64,000 nucleotides of DNA, taken from the NCBI RefSeq assembly GCF_036321535.1, contig NC_087437.1:40240001-40304000 (forward strand). The letters are read 5' to 3'. The DNA is from Camelus dromedarius (taxonomy: Eukaryota). Position 1 is the first letter of the stretch. Each line of letters begins with the position of its first letter. Both the position numbers and the translations under genes were made by a program. The notes under the pieces were generated by a model that saw nothing but the letters and a program-made list of their open reading frames with translations, was not told the origin of the DNA and searched no databases. Below are positions 38,049-50,284 of the stretch, one piece after another.

Positions 38049-38970
38049 GTAAGTACACAAATCTACACTAGTCTCCAAATTGAGACTAGTTTCTTTCATA
38101 AAAATGTTTGCACATAAAAACTGAGGGACAATTTTGTCTCAAAAGGAATATGGTTCTATATGGGCCTAATGACCAAGGGAGACGTAAGGAAATATTCTTT
38201 CATGAATACCCTCAACAGCAGTCCTCCCAAGACCATTGGGCACACTATAACAATAAGACACAAGATGCTTGGGAAAAACTAAATTGTATAAAGAAATACT
38301 TAGAGTTATCTATAAATGTTATTGGTTTCATTACTAACAGAATGTTAGCTAATAAATTCTTATTTGGCTAAAGTTACTGAAGAGTAAAGATGCCATACTG
38401 CTCCTGCCAAATAAATAAATAAATACTGCCTTGCTGTAGTTTTTTTGTTTTTAAGTAAAAGTAAAAGGAAGTTTATTTAAGATAAAGTCATCTGAAAGTT
38501 GTATATAAATTTATTAAGTGTTTATCATCTTCAGAAGTACCTACCTCTGTGTGTTACTGCTATAGTTTACTCTCCATTCTCATTTTAATGGCCTCCCATT
38601 ACTGCAGATAACTATATGCAAAAAAACTGTCATCAAGTATGGACCATCAAATGTCAAGAGTACAACGTTTTGTGAAAAAACATTGAGGAACAATCAATGA
38701 TAATCATAAAAAAGTCTCTTATGTTAATATTTCTTAACTCTCTAAAATATCTAAAATTCAGTTGAATTATATGAGTTACTGCTAGAATTTCACTTTAGTC
38801 TGTGTACAAATTTATATATAAATGATTTTGCTTCACAATCTTTCGAAGAAAATGAAGTATACAAACTGTCATAACACTTAAATTATGTTGATTTCAAGAA
38901 GATAGGAAATTACGTAATTTCTACTTGCTTAATGATGACAAAGGTTTATCCCTTTTTATTATATTTGTAG

Positions 38971-39045
38971 TAGACCTAGAACTTTACATATCAAGAAAAT
39001 GATGAACTGACGACATTGAGCTTCCAGAGGGAAAAGAAATAGGAG
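38971..39045 (+). other. SAMD7: SAMD7 non-coding exon 2 (75 bp, tandem TAGTAG acceptor)
   Basis: cctttttattatatttgtag|tag acceptor and GAG|GTGAGG donor at 39046. Position fits the recalled two-UTR-exon structure of SAMD7. Confidence 0.75.
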
Positions 39046-40160
39046 GTGAGGGAAGCATGCATATTCCATCTGTCTTCAACAATGCTTTCCAGGGTACGTG
39101 CTGTGATACGATGCATTGAGAAAAGTGCTGAAGTATATATGCCTTCAGTGAAAGTGAAATATGTGTTGGGGCTGCTGCCAAGCGCTCTGGTATTAACTGT
39201 CTTTGTTGTCAGTACTGCTTACTACTACAGTGAAAACTCATTTTCATTTATACTGTGCTAGTGTAGCAGAGAAAGTGCTTATTGTTATTTAAAACCAAAA
39301 CTAAGTCTAGCTGCCTCCTAAAGTGAGATGTTGGTGGCGTAGTTCAAACCAATAGAAAAGAAATCTCTCAAATTCTCCCCACCTTTGGCAAAGGTGAGTA
39401 GGGAAGGAAGAGACAAAGAGACCCAAAGTCAAAGGCCCATTGAGGAAAAGCTCAGAGCAGAGTCAGGGAGAGGGGCTGGAGAGGCCTCTGCAAAATAAAG
39501 TGGGAGGAATTGCTTTGGAGTAGTTGGGGTAGCAGCTGAGAGAAGGTTAAAAAAAAACAAAACAAGAAGCCAGCGCTTGCATTGTCAAAATTACCCAAAG
39601 GAATGTTTTACAATGGAGAAGTCTAATGTTCAATTTTAAGTTATTTTTGACACACCCCCTCCAATTGGCCAAGACCTCTGTAAAGTCAGCTACACAGATG
39701 TGTTACCTTGTGTGAGTGATTTTATGTGGATATTGAGGGCAGGGGACTGCATTCTGAGTCAGCATAGAGCAGAAGGGGGAAACAGCTCAGGGAGGTGAGC
39801 TATGAGGTAGACTGGGAGCCTTACAGGAGCATAAACTCAGAGCCCAAGCAGCCACGAAGATGAAATCCCCAGGATTGAGCAGGGCCGTGCAGAACATGTG
39901 GGATGGGGGCTGAAGGTGACATTAGCTGCTCAGATTTTAAGGAGCAATGTCATTTGTCCTGTTATAAATGACCATGATGCACATTTGGGTTGAAGATATT
40001 TTAAATGTGACTATTCCTTCCACTTGAGATAAGTGCTTGGATAATTTTAGAATTCCTGTGTGATCATCTCTGAAAATGTGTGTATCTACAATTAGAAACA
40101 ATCAAATATTTTATGCCAATTTATTCATCTAGAATTACTTTAAATTTCATTTCAATTGTA

Positions 40161-40293
40161 GGGGGGAGGGTATAGCTCAGTGGTAAAGTGTGTGCTTAGT
40201 GTGCTTGAGGTCCTGGGTTCAATCCCCAGTCCCTCCATTAAAAATAAATAAATAAACCTAATTACCTCCTCCGCCCCCTAAAAATTAAAAAAA
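40161..40293 (+). mobile_element. Vic-1-type camelid SINE
   Basis: GGGGGGAGGGTATAGCTCAGTGG (A box)...GGTTCAATCCCC (B box), then ATTAAAAATAAATAAATAAACCTAATTACCTCC. Flanking repeat TTTAAATTT(C)ATTTCAATT. Confidence 0.9.
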
Positions 40294-40939
40294 ATTTTTT
40301 TAAATTTATTTCAATTAACAAGTGTATTTTAAATATCTATACAATTATTTTTGTTTTATACAATTAAACAACATTTTATATAATTTTTTTAACTCTCTTT
40401 TCTCAGCTAATTTTTCCGCTGAAAGTATTTGATAATGAAATACTTTGGGACAGCTCTCTCAGCCTTCCTAATTAAGAAAAAATTTCCTATTTATTATTCT
40501 AAGGCTGAAAATATACTCAAAAAAGTGTGAATTACATTTTAGCATTAATATGCTCTTCAGAAGTTTCATTAATATAAGACACCTAGAATAGTAAAAATGT
40601 GAAGCTAGTAAGAATTGATTTATACCTTAAACAAAAGACTTCTAAGAATATCTCCCTCTAGTTTTAAGAATATATATTTTTCTCAGAATTATAGAAACAT
40701 TTAATTCTAATGATCTACCTTTCAAACGTAAAAACCGTACCAAATACAGCAGCTATTTTAAAATTTTAATTTATCTTAATGAATATAATCTGAGAATTCA
40801 CGCATCATACATGCTAAAGTTCATCGCTGGCCAAAGTCAAATTGTATGACATTAATGAATGGTCACAGTAAAGCCATGAAAGAAATATAATGGAATTGGC
40901 ACCCAGCTGCTGTGCACAAGGCAGGCAAGCATTCTCAGT

Positions 40940-41225
40940 AGCAGCAGTACTCAGCAAGTATCTGCTGATTTGGCAAGGGCTTTAGTTCACGAAGTTCATG
41001 TCTTACTACTATGGCCCTAATCAGTTGAGACAGAATTAGCACTAGCTAAATCGTCTGTGTGCTGGCTGGAGGGGTTTGTTGAGGGTAAGAGTCTGAAGAC
41101 AGAGATTAAAGAACCTTCATCCTCCTAAAGTGCTGGGCATCCAGGATTAAAGCTTCTAGGTCAGAGAAATCCAGCCCGAATGCAAACCTAAGCACCAGTG
41201 CATTCCCACGTTTGGGATTACCTGC
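40940..41225. promoter_or_regulatory. Candidate photoreceptor enhancer in SAMD7 intron 2 (CRX cluster + NRL/Maf element)
   Basis: TGCTGATTTGGCA 40963-40975, CTAATCA 41017-41023, AGATTAA 41103-41109, GGATTAA 41144-41150, CTAAGC 41188-41193, GGGATTA 41214-41220. Confidence 0.6.
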
Positions 41226-41534
41226 CAGACACGTTCTGCATTCAGGATGGATATCCCAGTCTATACTTTGACTCAAGAGCATTTCATCTGCTACAGCAAA
41301 GTCACATTGGTTCATAAATTGTCTGCATATTTCTAAAATAGAAGAAGATACCCAGAAAATGTGAAAGTAAATGTTTAAAACTCATGGGTTGATACTATGA
41401 CTCAGGAACTCCAAAATGGTGAGTTTGTAGAAACATAGATTTGGAGCTTCAAGTATTTATCTAACTGACTGATAAAGAAGTGAAAGATCTGGTCAACCCA
41501 GAATATTTTCCTGGAAGTGTCTGATTATATTTGC

Positions 41535-41885
41535 TTTAAAATATAATTTGGTTTAGGGCAGTAAAACTGTTCCATATTAGATTATAACAGTGGGTACAAG
41601 TCATTATACATTTGTCAAAACCCAAAGAATGTAGAACATTTAAGTGAACCAATCCTAAGGAAAACCTGGACTTGAGGTAATAGTGATGTGTCCATGTAGG
41701 TTCATCATTGTAACAAATGTACAAATGTAACAAATCCGGTGCAGGATTTTGATAGTGAAGGAGGCTGTGCATGTGTCTGGGAGAGGTATACGTGAGTTCT
41801 CTGTACTGTCAATTTTTTTCAATTCTCTGTACTGTACTCAATTTTTCTGTGAACCTAAAACTGCTCTAATAATAAAGTCTGCTAA
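41535..41885 (+). mobile_element. L1MC-type 3' end followed by (TA)n(CA)n(TA)n
   Basis: GTCATTATACATTTGTCAAAACCC...TGTGAACCTAAAACTGCTCTAATAATAAAGTC. Microsatellite at 41886-41940. Confidence 0.75.
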
Positions 41886-42004
41886 ATATATATATATACA
41901 CACACATACACACACACACATATGTATATATATATATATAAAACTATAAAATATATCTATAAAATTTGGGACATACAAAAGATAACAAGCATATCATTAA
42001 AAAG

Positions 42005-42366
42005 TGTCTTAGTCCATTCAGGCTGCTGTAACAGAATACGTAGTCTGGGTGGCTTATAAACAAAGACATTTATTTCTCACAATTCTGCAGGCAGGGAAAT
42101 CCAAGATAAAGGCCCTGGCAGATTTGGTGTCTGGTGAGGACCTGCTTCCTGATTCATAGATGGCCTTCTTCTCTCTGTGTCTTAACGTGGCAGAAGAGAT
42201 GACAGAGCTCTCTAGGGTCTCTTTTTTAAGGGTACTAACCCCATTCATGGGGGGTCCATCCTCATGATCTAAATCACTTCCCAAAGGCCCCGTCTCCAAA
42301 TATCGTCACATTGGGGATTAGGTTTCAACATATGAATTTTGGGGGGATACATTCAGTCTACAGCAC
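42005..42366 (-). mobile_element. MLT1A-type MaLR LTR
   Basis: TGTCTTAGTCCATTCAGGCTGCTGTAACAGAATAC...GGGGGATACATTCAGTCTACAGCA. Confidence 0.85.
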
Positions 42367-43019
42367 CAGAAATGATTTTTTAAAGGAAAATTGGGGCCTC
42401 AATAGTTATGAGAGTGATAAATAAATAGGCACTTGCTCACAAGTGTAAAGATGAAAAGAAACTAAGGAAGCCAAACGGAGGCAAGAACCATAACAGTCAG
42501 GTGTGGTAGATGCCAGAGACTCGTTGTCCTTCCTAGGGACCTTCATGACATAGGAACATTTCCCTCGATTTGGGAATAGTTTACAATTTAGGTAAAAATT
42601 TGGTACGTTGATTCAAGATAATAAACTGCCATATTGGAAGTATAACAAAAATTTATAGATTTTATTAAATTCCACTGGCATAGCAAAAAGAAAGAACACC
42701 AGATCCAAGCACCACAGAATCCACAACAAGTATGGTACCAAGGAGGGTAAATTAGATGAGACTTCTCTCTGATGCCTCATTTCTTCAACTCCATTAGCCT
42801 TGAGTCCCCCCACTCATTTCACAGAATGCATGACTAACAGTAAAAAAAAATCCTGCTGTGTCGTTGCAGACAATGGATCCTACAGAGCCTCGTAGAACTA
42901 TGCCTATGCCTGGTGAACCTGGTAGTCCAGAAGAAAGGCATGTGTGTCGATTATCTAGTGGAATGACATTAGAAGGTAACCACATGGCCGCAACAGCACC
43001 AAACACCGTTGCTGCCTTA

Positions 43020-43445
43020 TTCTATATTCCCTTCCTAAATTCACCTACAACCACAGAGGTCATTTCCCATCTCAAGCACCTGCATCTCTCTGCTTCTCAG
43101 TCTGAAGACTTTCCCTCACACCATAGGCGTTTGTTGGATCTAGTTCAGGCATAACCCAGATGCAAGGGATAACTGTGCCCTTCACCAATGGCTGACAGAA
43201 ACCGATAGGCAAATGGCCAACTCCTTGTCTTTCACTGGGACAATTATAAGGTGTGTACTACGGGGTTTCTTAGCGGGTCCCCAGCAGGGTTGACGGCAGT
43301 GGTAATTCATACGTTAACTCACTCCTTATTGACTTCCCTTCCTGATCTCATTTGCCCACTCCTTCATGTAGGCTTCTGGGGATCAGCTCCCAAATGCATT
43401 CATGTCCTTGTCCAGGCCTGCTTTGGGGGAATCCCATCAACTTTT
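43020..43445 (+). mobile_element. LTR16-like (ERVL) LTR
   Basis: ACCAATGGCTGACAGAA...GGGACAATT...TTATTGACTTCCCTTCC...CAGGCCTGCTTTGGGGGAATCC. Confidence 0.55.
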
Positions 43446-45036
43446 GGTGACTAACATCCATGACATTTCTCTGTGATGACGTGTGTGACATAGGGGGTGG
43501 TCAGCCTCTAACGCTGCTTGCCCCAGAGGGATTCTGCACTGCCCGCTTTCTTCCCTCTCCTTCCTCCAGATTTGTCTCAGGCATCACATAGAATGCAAGA
43601 TGAGCACTATGTGTTATAGCTTCAGAGATTCTCTCCCACTCATAGGTAAGTTCAAACTCCTACCAGAGACTTTCAATTCATGACGCAAATCAAAGTTCAG
43701 TCATTTTTCAAAAGGAAACACCAAGCTGTGTTCCACATTGTTCTGTTGCATAATGGAGCAGGAGAAAGGAGGTGGCTGTCGCCAAATCTCAGATGTGCAG
43801 GACCTGAGATTTCAAGCTGTGGAGCAGTGTTCTCGCCAGAGTTGCAAGCCCACGGCTGACATACCTCTGGCCTGAGTTCTTCGTTGGCATTCTCACCATG
43901 GTTGGTAGGCAACAGGCAAATATTTTCATCCTTATCCTGATTTGTCCTACTCCGAGGCCACTATCAAAGAGGAAATTATATTGACCTCACAGAAATACAG
44001 TGAAAATAAATCCACATAAAGAACTTTAAAAATACATTTATGAATGGTGAAAGCTAGTGTTAGGTGTCCCATGGGCTTGAATTTCCAATTTGATCGCAAG
44101 TTGAGGTCTGAAAAAGAAGCTAAAGAAGTGATTGCTTATTGAAATATTATATTTTTAGTTTTTGAACCATATGAATGTATTAACTATTTTAAATTTTAAA
44201 TCAAATATACACACAAGAAAGGAAAGAGAAAGACTACTATTTTGAAAAGCAGAACATTTTCTTCCTAATTTCCTTTTTTTCCCCAAACAGTTGTAGGTAT
44301 CTTAATTTTTTTAAGTAATAATTGAGAATAAAGAAGTTAAACTGACCTGTTTGACTAGCTCTCACTTAATATATAAAATTATTCAAAGGACATTAATAAT
44401 TAACAAGAAAACATAAGGCAAAATTTTGTCCCTTTTACAATGGTCCCTTTTTCTGATCTCTAGGTTTTAGATAAAATTATGAATGCTTGTGTTCCTGTAT
44501 ATTTGGATAGAACTTGGTTGTTTACATCTAGATAGTCTCATGCAATCAGCCTGTATGCACTTTAGTGAGATATATTTTTAGCATTAAGAAGATTTCCTCT
44601 TTTCTGTTTTAATCCTGTCAACTAAATAGGAATATTTTCTTCAAAGATTGAAAATATGAGGGCATACAATCATTTGTACCTCTGGAAATATAAAAATCAA
44701 AGTAAGTTGTAAGAAAGAAAGATGGTATTTCTATAATCTTGTGAAGTTGGTTTAATTTTATTATTGCTTGTAGTGTGATGTGGAATTACCTGTGGACTCT
44801 CCAACAAATTCCAAAGGCACACTGAGTTCTCCAGTTGTATCTGGGTACCTGCAGTGGAGGGATTTTTGTGTAACTAAAAGCCTGGTGTAGCAAGTCCTCC
44901 CAAGTGTTGGGAAAATGCAAAACATGTTCATTATGTTCAAGAAGAATTCAAACAGTTTACAAAAAGTAGAGTTATCTGCTAACACATCTATCTGATTTTT
45001 TTTTTTTTAGAACTCCATCAGTGGCGAGAGATACTG

Positions 45037-45137
45037 ATGATAAATCCAATGATGGCTGTGAACCCTTTATTGACAGCATCAGGGCAGCAGAGGATCCCAC
45101 TGGTTCCTTCACCATTTGAACCTCCAAGTGTGGATAG
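45037..45137 (+). CDS. SAMD7: SAMD7 first coding exon (exon 3, starts 45011): MINPMMAVNPLLTASGQQRIPLVPSPFEPPSVDR
   Basis: Acceptor (T)nAG ends at 45010. In-frame ATGs at 45037, 45049 and 45052. Donor AG|GTATTT at 45138. Translation matches the recalled N-terminus of mammalian SAMD7 (human MAVNPLLT...QQTIPLIPSPFGPPTVDR). Confidence 0.96.
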
Positions 45138-45371
45138 GTATTTCTCTCCAGTATGAAATTCCAGTCATAGGAGAAGATGGATATCATTACATTTTTGAAG
45201 GCTGTTAACCCCAGTGCTGTTTTATTGTCTAACATTACATGGTACAGGATATCTGCTGGCCACATCTTCAACAAACTTCCCATCACTTCCCCTTTGAGGC
45301 CTGCTTGACATCCTCACTCAGTAAATAGCTAATGAGCACTATGTGACAGGCATGGTATAAGTGCAAACATT

Positions 45372-45749
45372 GATATGGCCTGCTCAGGCTGCCGTAACAA
45401 AATATCACAGACCAGGTGGCTTAATTTTATTTCTCACAGTTCTGGAGGCAAAAAGTGCTAAATCAAGGTGCTGACAGGTTTGGTTTCTCCTGAGGCTTCT
45501 CTTCTTGGCTTGGAGACAGCCACCTTCTTGCTGTGTCTTCACTTGGCCTTTTTTTCTGTGTGCATGCGCTTATGGTGTCTCTTCCTCTTCTTATAAGGAC
45601 ACCAGTCCTGTTGGGTTAAGGCCCCACCCTTATGACTTTATTTAACTATAATTACCCCCTTAAAGGCCCTATCTCCAAATATAGTCACATGGGGGTTAGG
45701 ACTTCTAACATAACGGATTTTAGAAAGGGACACAATAAAGTCCATAACA
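45372..45749 (-). mobile_element. MaLR LTR (MST/MLT1A-like) in SAMD7 intron 3
   Basis: CTCAGGCTGCCGTAACAAAATATCACAGAC...TTATAAGGACACCAGTC...GGCCCTATCTCCAAATATAGTCACAT...CCATAACA. Confidence 0.8.
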
Positions 45750-46370
45750 GTTGAGTATCCTGGATTTCTTGTGATAAAACAATTCTTTCTTTGCAATAAA
45801 AGTAAAACCATCAGTATTTTGGTTGCAAACCCTGGCAGTTTTCTATCTTCTCTTTAAAATATTCTGACATTCTGAGAAGACAGTAAAATTCATTATTTAT
45901 CTTTGTTCATGGAGTATGAACAATAGAGGTGAACTTCTAGAGACCACTGAAGTTCAGAGAAATAAATTGTCTACCCAGGTAGTCAAAAAGTGATCCCAGA
46001 GGGCAAAACTCAAGCCAGGGTATGTTCATGAAATGAGAAAAGAATATTGTGGTCAAGAACAGTATATTGGTCATGGAAAATCAGAGATTAGTGTTGATTT
46101 GATTAGATCTTTTCTCCCTGACGTCCCTAAAACTTTCTTCTCCTGCTTTCTCCGTTCTGTTGTCTGCTGGTTCCCTCCTTCCTTATAGAACCCTTCCTTC
46201 TAATCTTTCTCATCATATTTCTGCTCAAACTAAGAGCAACTGCAGGACTTTTGTACTCATTTTGAGAAGAGATGATGGAATCCCATATGGCAATAAAAAA
46301 TCTGCCTATGCAATGGAAATTTAGTACAATTCCACTTTCATTTTATTTATTTTATATCTTTTTTCCCTAG

Positions 46371-46495
46371 AGATTTATTGCCTCCCACTGTAGCTCCAAC
46401 TGACCCAAGGCAGTTTTGTATTCCTTCCCAATTTGGATCCTCTGCTGTACCAAATGCAAATGTGCCGAACATGCTGTCCAGTCACGTCTACTCAG
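46371..46495 (+). CDS. SAMD7: SAMD7 coding exon 4 (DLLPPTVAPTDPRQFCIPSQFGSS...HVYSG), 125 bp
   Basis: ttttccctag| acceptor and G|GTATG donor. Phase 2 to phase 1 keeps the frame. Contains the conserved TDPRQFC motif. Confidence 0.96.
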
Positions 46496-46789
46496 GTATG
46501 AGCAATAGATGGCTGTCTGTGGAGCCACTGTGAACTGGATTGCTGCATTAAGCTTGCTGCCTAATTCACTGTTAATTTTGGAGGTAAAACTGTATGGTGA
46601 TTAGGCTTGTAGTTTCTACAGTTGCTACCCAGGTGTAAATCATGATTCTACCACTGTGTGACCAAGTGTAAGTTGCTTAGCTCCTCTAATCATCAATTTA
46701 CTGATGAAAAACATGAAAATCTGCAATTACTATCTGTTTTAGCTTACATGCAAGACACTGATGAGATCATGAGGAGGTGAGCTTTGAGT

Positions 46790-47320
46790 TATAGGCCTTG
46801 GGGAAGTTTGTATGTGGCCTGAAAGATCATAGTGAGGCCTTGCCTTTTATTCTGGGTAAGAGGGAAGACATTAGAGGAATTTGAGCAAAGGAGTGACATG
46901 GTCTGACTTACATTTTACCAGGTTCGCTCTGGCTGCTGTGTTCGGGACATACTTGATAGGATTAAAGTTTTGGAGTTAAACTGATGGTCATTAATGGGCT
47001 ATTAGGATAGTCAAAAGATTATGATGGATTTGCCCTGGGTAGTGACAGTAGGAATAGTAAGAAGTGGTTGGATTCTGCAATTATTTTTGAAGGTAGAAAC
47101 AACAGGATTTTCTCACAGATTAGATATGAGATGTGAGAGAGGGAGAAGATAAAGAGGAGCAAGTAAGGGAGAAATAGAGGGAGCAACCAGTGAGGTGGGG
47201 GGAAACCCAGGAGAGTACAGAGGCCTGGAAGCCAAGCGAAGACAGTGTTTTAAGGAGAGAATGAGGAACTGTGTCAAGTAGCTGCTCTCAGGTCAAGTAA
47301 GATGAGGACTAAGCACATAT
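46790..47320 (-). mobile_element. L2 fragment
   Basis: GGGAAGACATTAGAGGAATTTGAGCAAAGGAGTGACATGGTCTGACTTACATTTT...CTGGCTGCTGTG...GGTCAAGTAAGATGAGGACT. Confidence 0.7.
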
Positions 47321-49139
47321 GAGTAGATTGAGGTGTGTGGGTGTCCAGAGGTCACACTTTGTCTTCTGGACCCTGTTGGTATGCCAGAGGGATCATCCTT
47401 TTAACTTCTGTCTACATTCTATAGATCATCTCATATAGTCTCATGTATCCTGATGACTCCCAAAATCCTACCTCCAGGCTGTCTCCAAAAACTGCCAGTA
47501 TTTGAACACAAACAGGCAGGCTGACCACCTGTCCCAGAGACATAGATCGGTCTCCCACCTCAAGGCTGATGTGTAAGAGAGTAAGCAAGGGCAAGGTAGG
47601 GCCTTAGTCCTATAGAAACTAAGCTACTAAGTAAGTGAGCAAAACAGGAATTAAAACAGGGATCTATTTCAACAACTGGGGTGTTAGGTAGGGAGTGGAT
47701 TACTAGAACTGGACTAGCACTAAGTTTGACGTCACCTATTTGGGAAAGAGAAAGAAACATGCAATAGGTTTGATGAGTCCAGACGTCAGAATGTCCTGAG
47801 ATCCAGGTAATTAGAATTGTGCCCTCCACACTAGTCGTCTCACATGGACGTGCTCTGCGTCCTTGGGCATTACGCCATGGGCTGGCAGTTTCATGCATGC
47901 AGGCTGTCTCAAGGAGAGTATATTGAAACCACTGAGCTATATAAAAACATAGGTTTTAGAGTCAGAAGGATTTTTAGAGGTCACCTCATCTAACCTCTGA
48001 GTTTTACAAATGAGAAAAAATCTCATAAAAAAGATACAGTATGGTTTATTACTAGGTGGGTCATTATTAATAGGAGTTTAATGAGTTCTGCTGGCTCAGT
48101 ACAAAGAAAGTATAAAGAACAGCTCTAGCCTTCATGATACTTGCCCTCCTGTTGGCCAGCACAGATTTAGACATGTAAAACTATCACTGAACAAAATTCT
48201 ATATGTAATAAGTACAATTTGTGTGTTTATTATTGCTAGAGGGTGATCTGTACTCCTGGGCTGGTCTGAGAAGTGTTTGTACAAATAAATGCATAAATAG
48301 AGGGTAAGGACTTAGAAACTTTTATAGCAGTTTGACAGGGTAATTTTACATCTACTGGTCTAATTATTTTAAAACGTTCTTGTATTATTTCTTGTTTTTA
48401 TTTCAAGTTTCTAAGATGTTGTTTTATTGTATTTTTTTAAAGTATTGGTCTATGATGGCTTAGAAAATTTTTTAAAAAATTAGTCCTTCACCATGGATAG
48501 TTTGAGAAGCACCAGTAAAGATTCTAAGTGCATTAGGAGTCCAGAGAAAGAAAAAAATCAATATAAGCATGAAGTTATCAGGCGAGAATAGAGCCTTGAA
48601 TCCTGTCATTATTCAAGACATTTTGGAAGGTTGACACAAAGAATGTAGTTGGTGTTCAATGCCATTGAAATTGTTTTGAAAAAAGTATTTACCCCAGCTA
48701 CACCAAAAATTCCACATAGAGTACTTCATACTTTATCCACTTAAATCATTGCATTTATTTCCAGGGATTTCAGAGCATCAGGAAGAACTTAGTTACTTTT
48801 TTTTTAAAGGTCAACTAATTCTTCCTGTACCAAAAAAAAAAAAAAAAAAAAAAAAAGCAAGAGATCCACAGTTAATTTAATCTTTTTCCTTTTGAAGTAT
48901 GGCAGGGAAACAATTGCCGATCATGAGACCCATACCGAAAGAAAAGAAATCTAGCATTGTCATGCCATCACCAAAGTGACTCTAAGATGCCAAACAGCCA
49001 TGAACTGATATTGTTTCCAACATTGTGCTCAATTGGTGGTTTTTTGCAGATACTGTTTAAAATCATTATATTTTATTTTATTATTTTCAAATGGATGTTA
49101 ATTTGCTTATGGGGTGAAATGGTGATTTTCTTGTTTAAG

Positions 49140-49218
49140 GTTGGGGCATTTTGCCACCAGAATCCATAAAGGCAATGGCTAGAAGGAATGAAATGATTCA
49201 AAGGCAGCATACTGCCAG
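49140..49218 (+). CDS. SAMD7: SAMD7 coding exon 5 (GWGILPPESIKAMARRNEMIQRQHTAR), 79 bp
   Basis: ttgtttaag| acceptor and AG|GTAACG donor. Matches the recalled conserved SAMD7 segment WGILPPESIKA.ARRNEMIQR. Confidence 0.96.
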
Positions 49219-50284
49219 GTAACGTAACAATGTTGTTTTCATTATTTTCTATTCATTCAATTGTTTGTTTATTCATTTGTTATATATATACTTTTATATG
49301 TTCATTGATTCATTTGTATTTGTATATATTGTTATAGTTGTGTATATATAGTCACTGATTATATGTGTATGTATATACCCACACACAGACACATGCACAC
49401 ATGCCCTGATTACTTACAAAAAAGTATTTCAGAAATATTACAAAAAGAAATATATACAAACATCTACATGAGTTGGTTAAGGATAAAAGCAAGATGACAA
49501 CACAGTGAAGCTAAGTCTACAGATTGTAATAGTTTGTCAGTGTCTCATAATTAAAATGCTTAGCTGTGATTCCTTGGAAATTCATATTGGCATTTCTGTC
49601 TTCAATGACTTCAATTCTGCCCAAAGATAGGGGCCAAGCTTGCCAACCCCACTTCAGACTACACTACAGTATTAGAGCCCAAAAGTGGCCTTGAGCAACG
49701 AGGAGAAAGAAACACACAGCAGTAATGACTAGGGTACGGCTGTGGGTGAGAGAAGGCATCAGAGTCAACCTTCTCATCACCAAACACTAAAGGGTCCAGG
49801 TGATGATGACCAATAAGCAAAGTCACCAAGTCCTCCCTCTCCTCCCTCCCCCGACCCCTACCACTGGCATTAATTTGTAACAGTTGAAACTTACTGTGTT
49901 TCTTGAGCCTCATTAAAATTGTACTGAAGTGTTTAAAAGCTTCTTCCCAGAACTTTAGTTTCTTTGAGGATTAGTCTCTGGCAAGAAACTACACTGTGCT
50001 GCATTATCCCTAACGCTGCTAGATTTGCCAAATCTATTAGAGATGATGCTCTAAAGACTGGCCTTGGACTTCCATCATGAGTTTCAGCCAGACCCTCCAC
50101 CCTCTGGTCTTAAGCCAAACTCTCCTGCCCAGTAGCTTCTTGGGGGACTTGTGCTCACACCTAGCAAACTTCAGATAGGTCCCAGGAAAAGCAGAGGTGC
50201 TACCCTAGGGAAGGCAGAGAGCCATTCAAATTCTATTTCTGATGGTTTTCTTGAGTTCTGTAAAATATACTGTTTTGTTTTTAG

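Noticed and set aside
40161..40235. Possible tRNA gene (A and B boxes)
   Set aside because: Followed by the SINE body/tail and flanked by repeats; it is a SINE head.
50151..50284. N-terminal part of the 263-aa ORF
   Set aside because: Intronic read-through upstream of the exon 6 acceptor at 50284.
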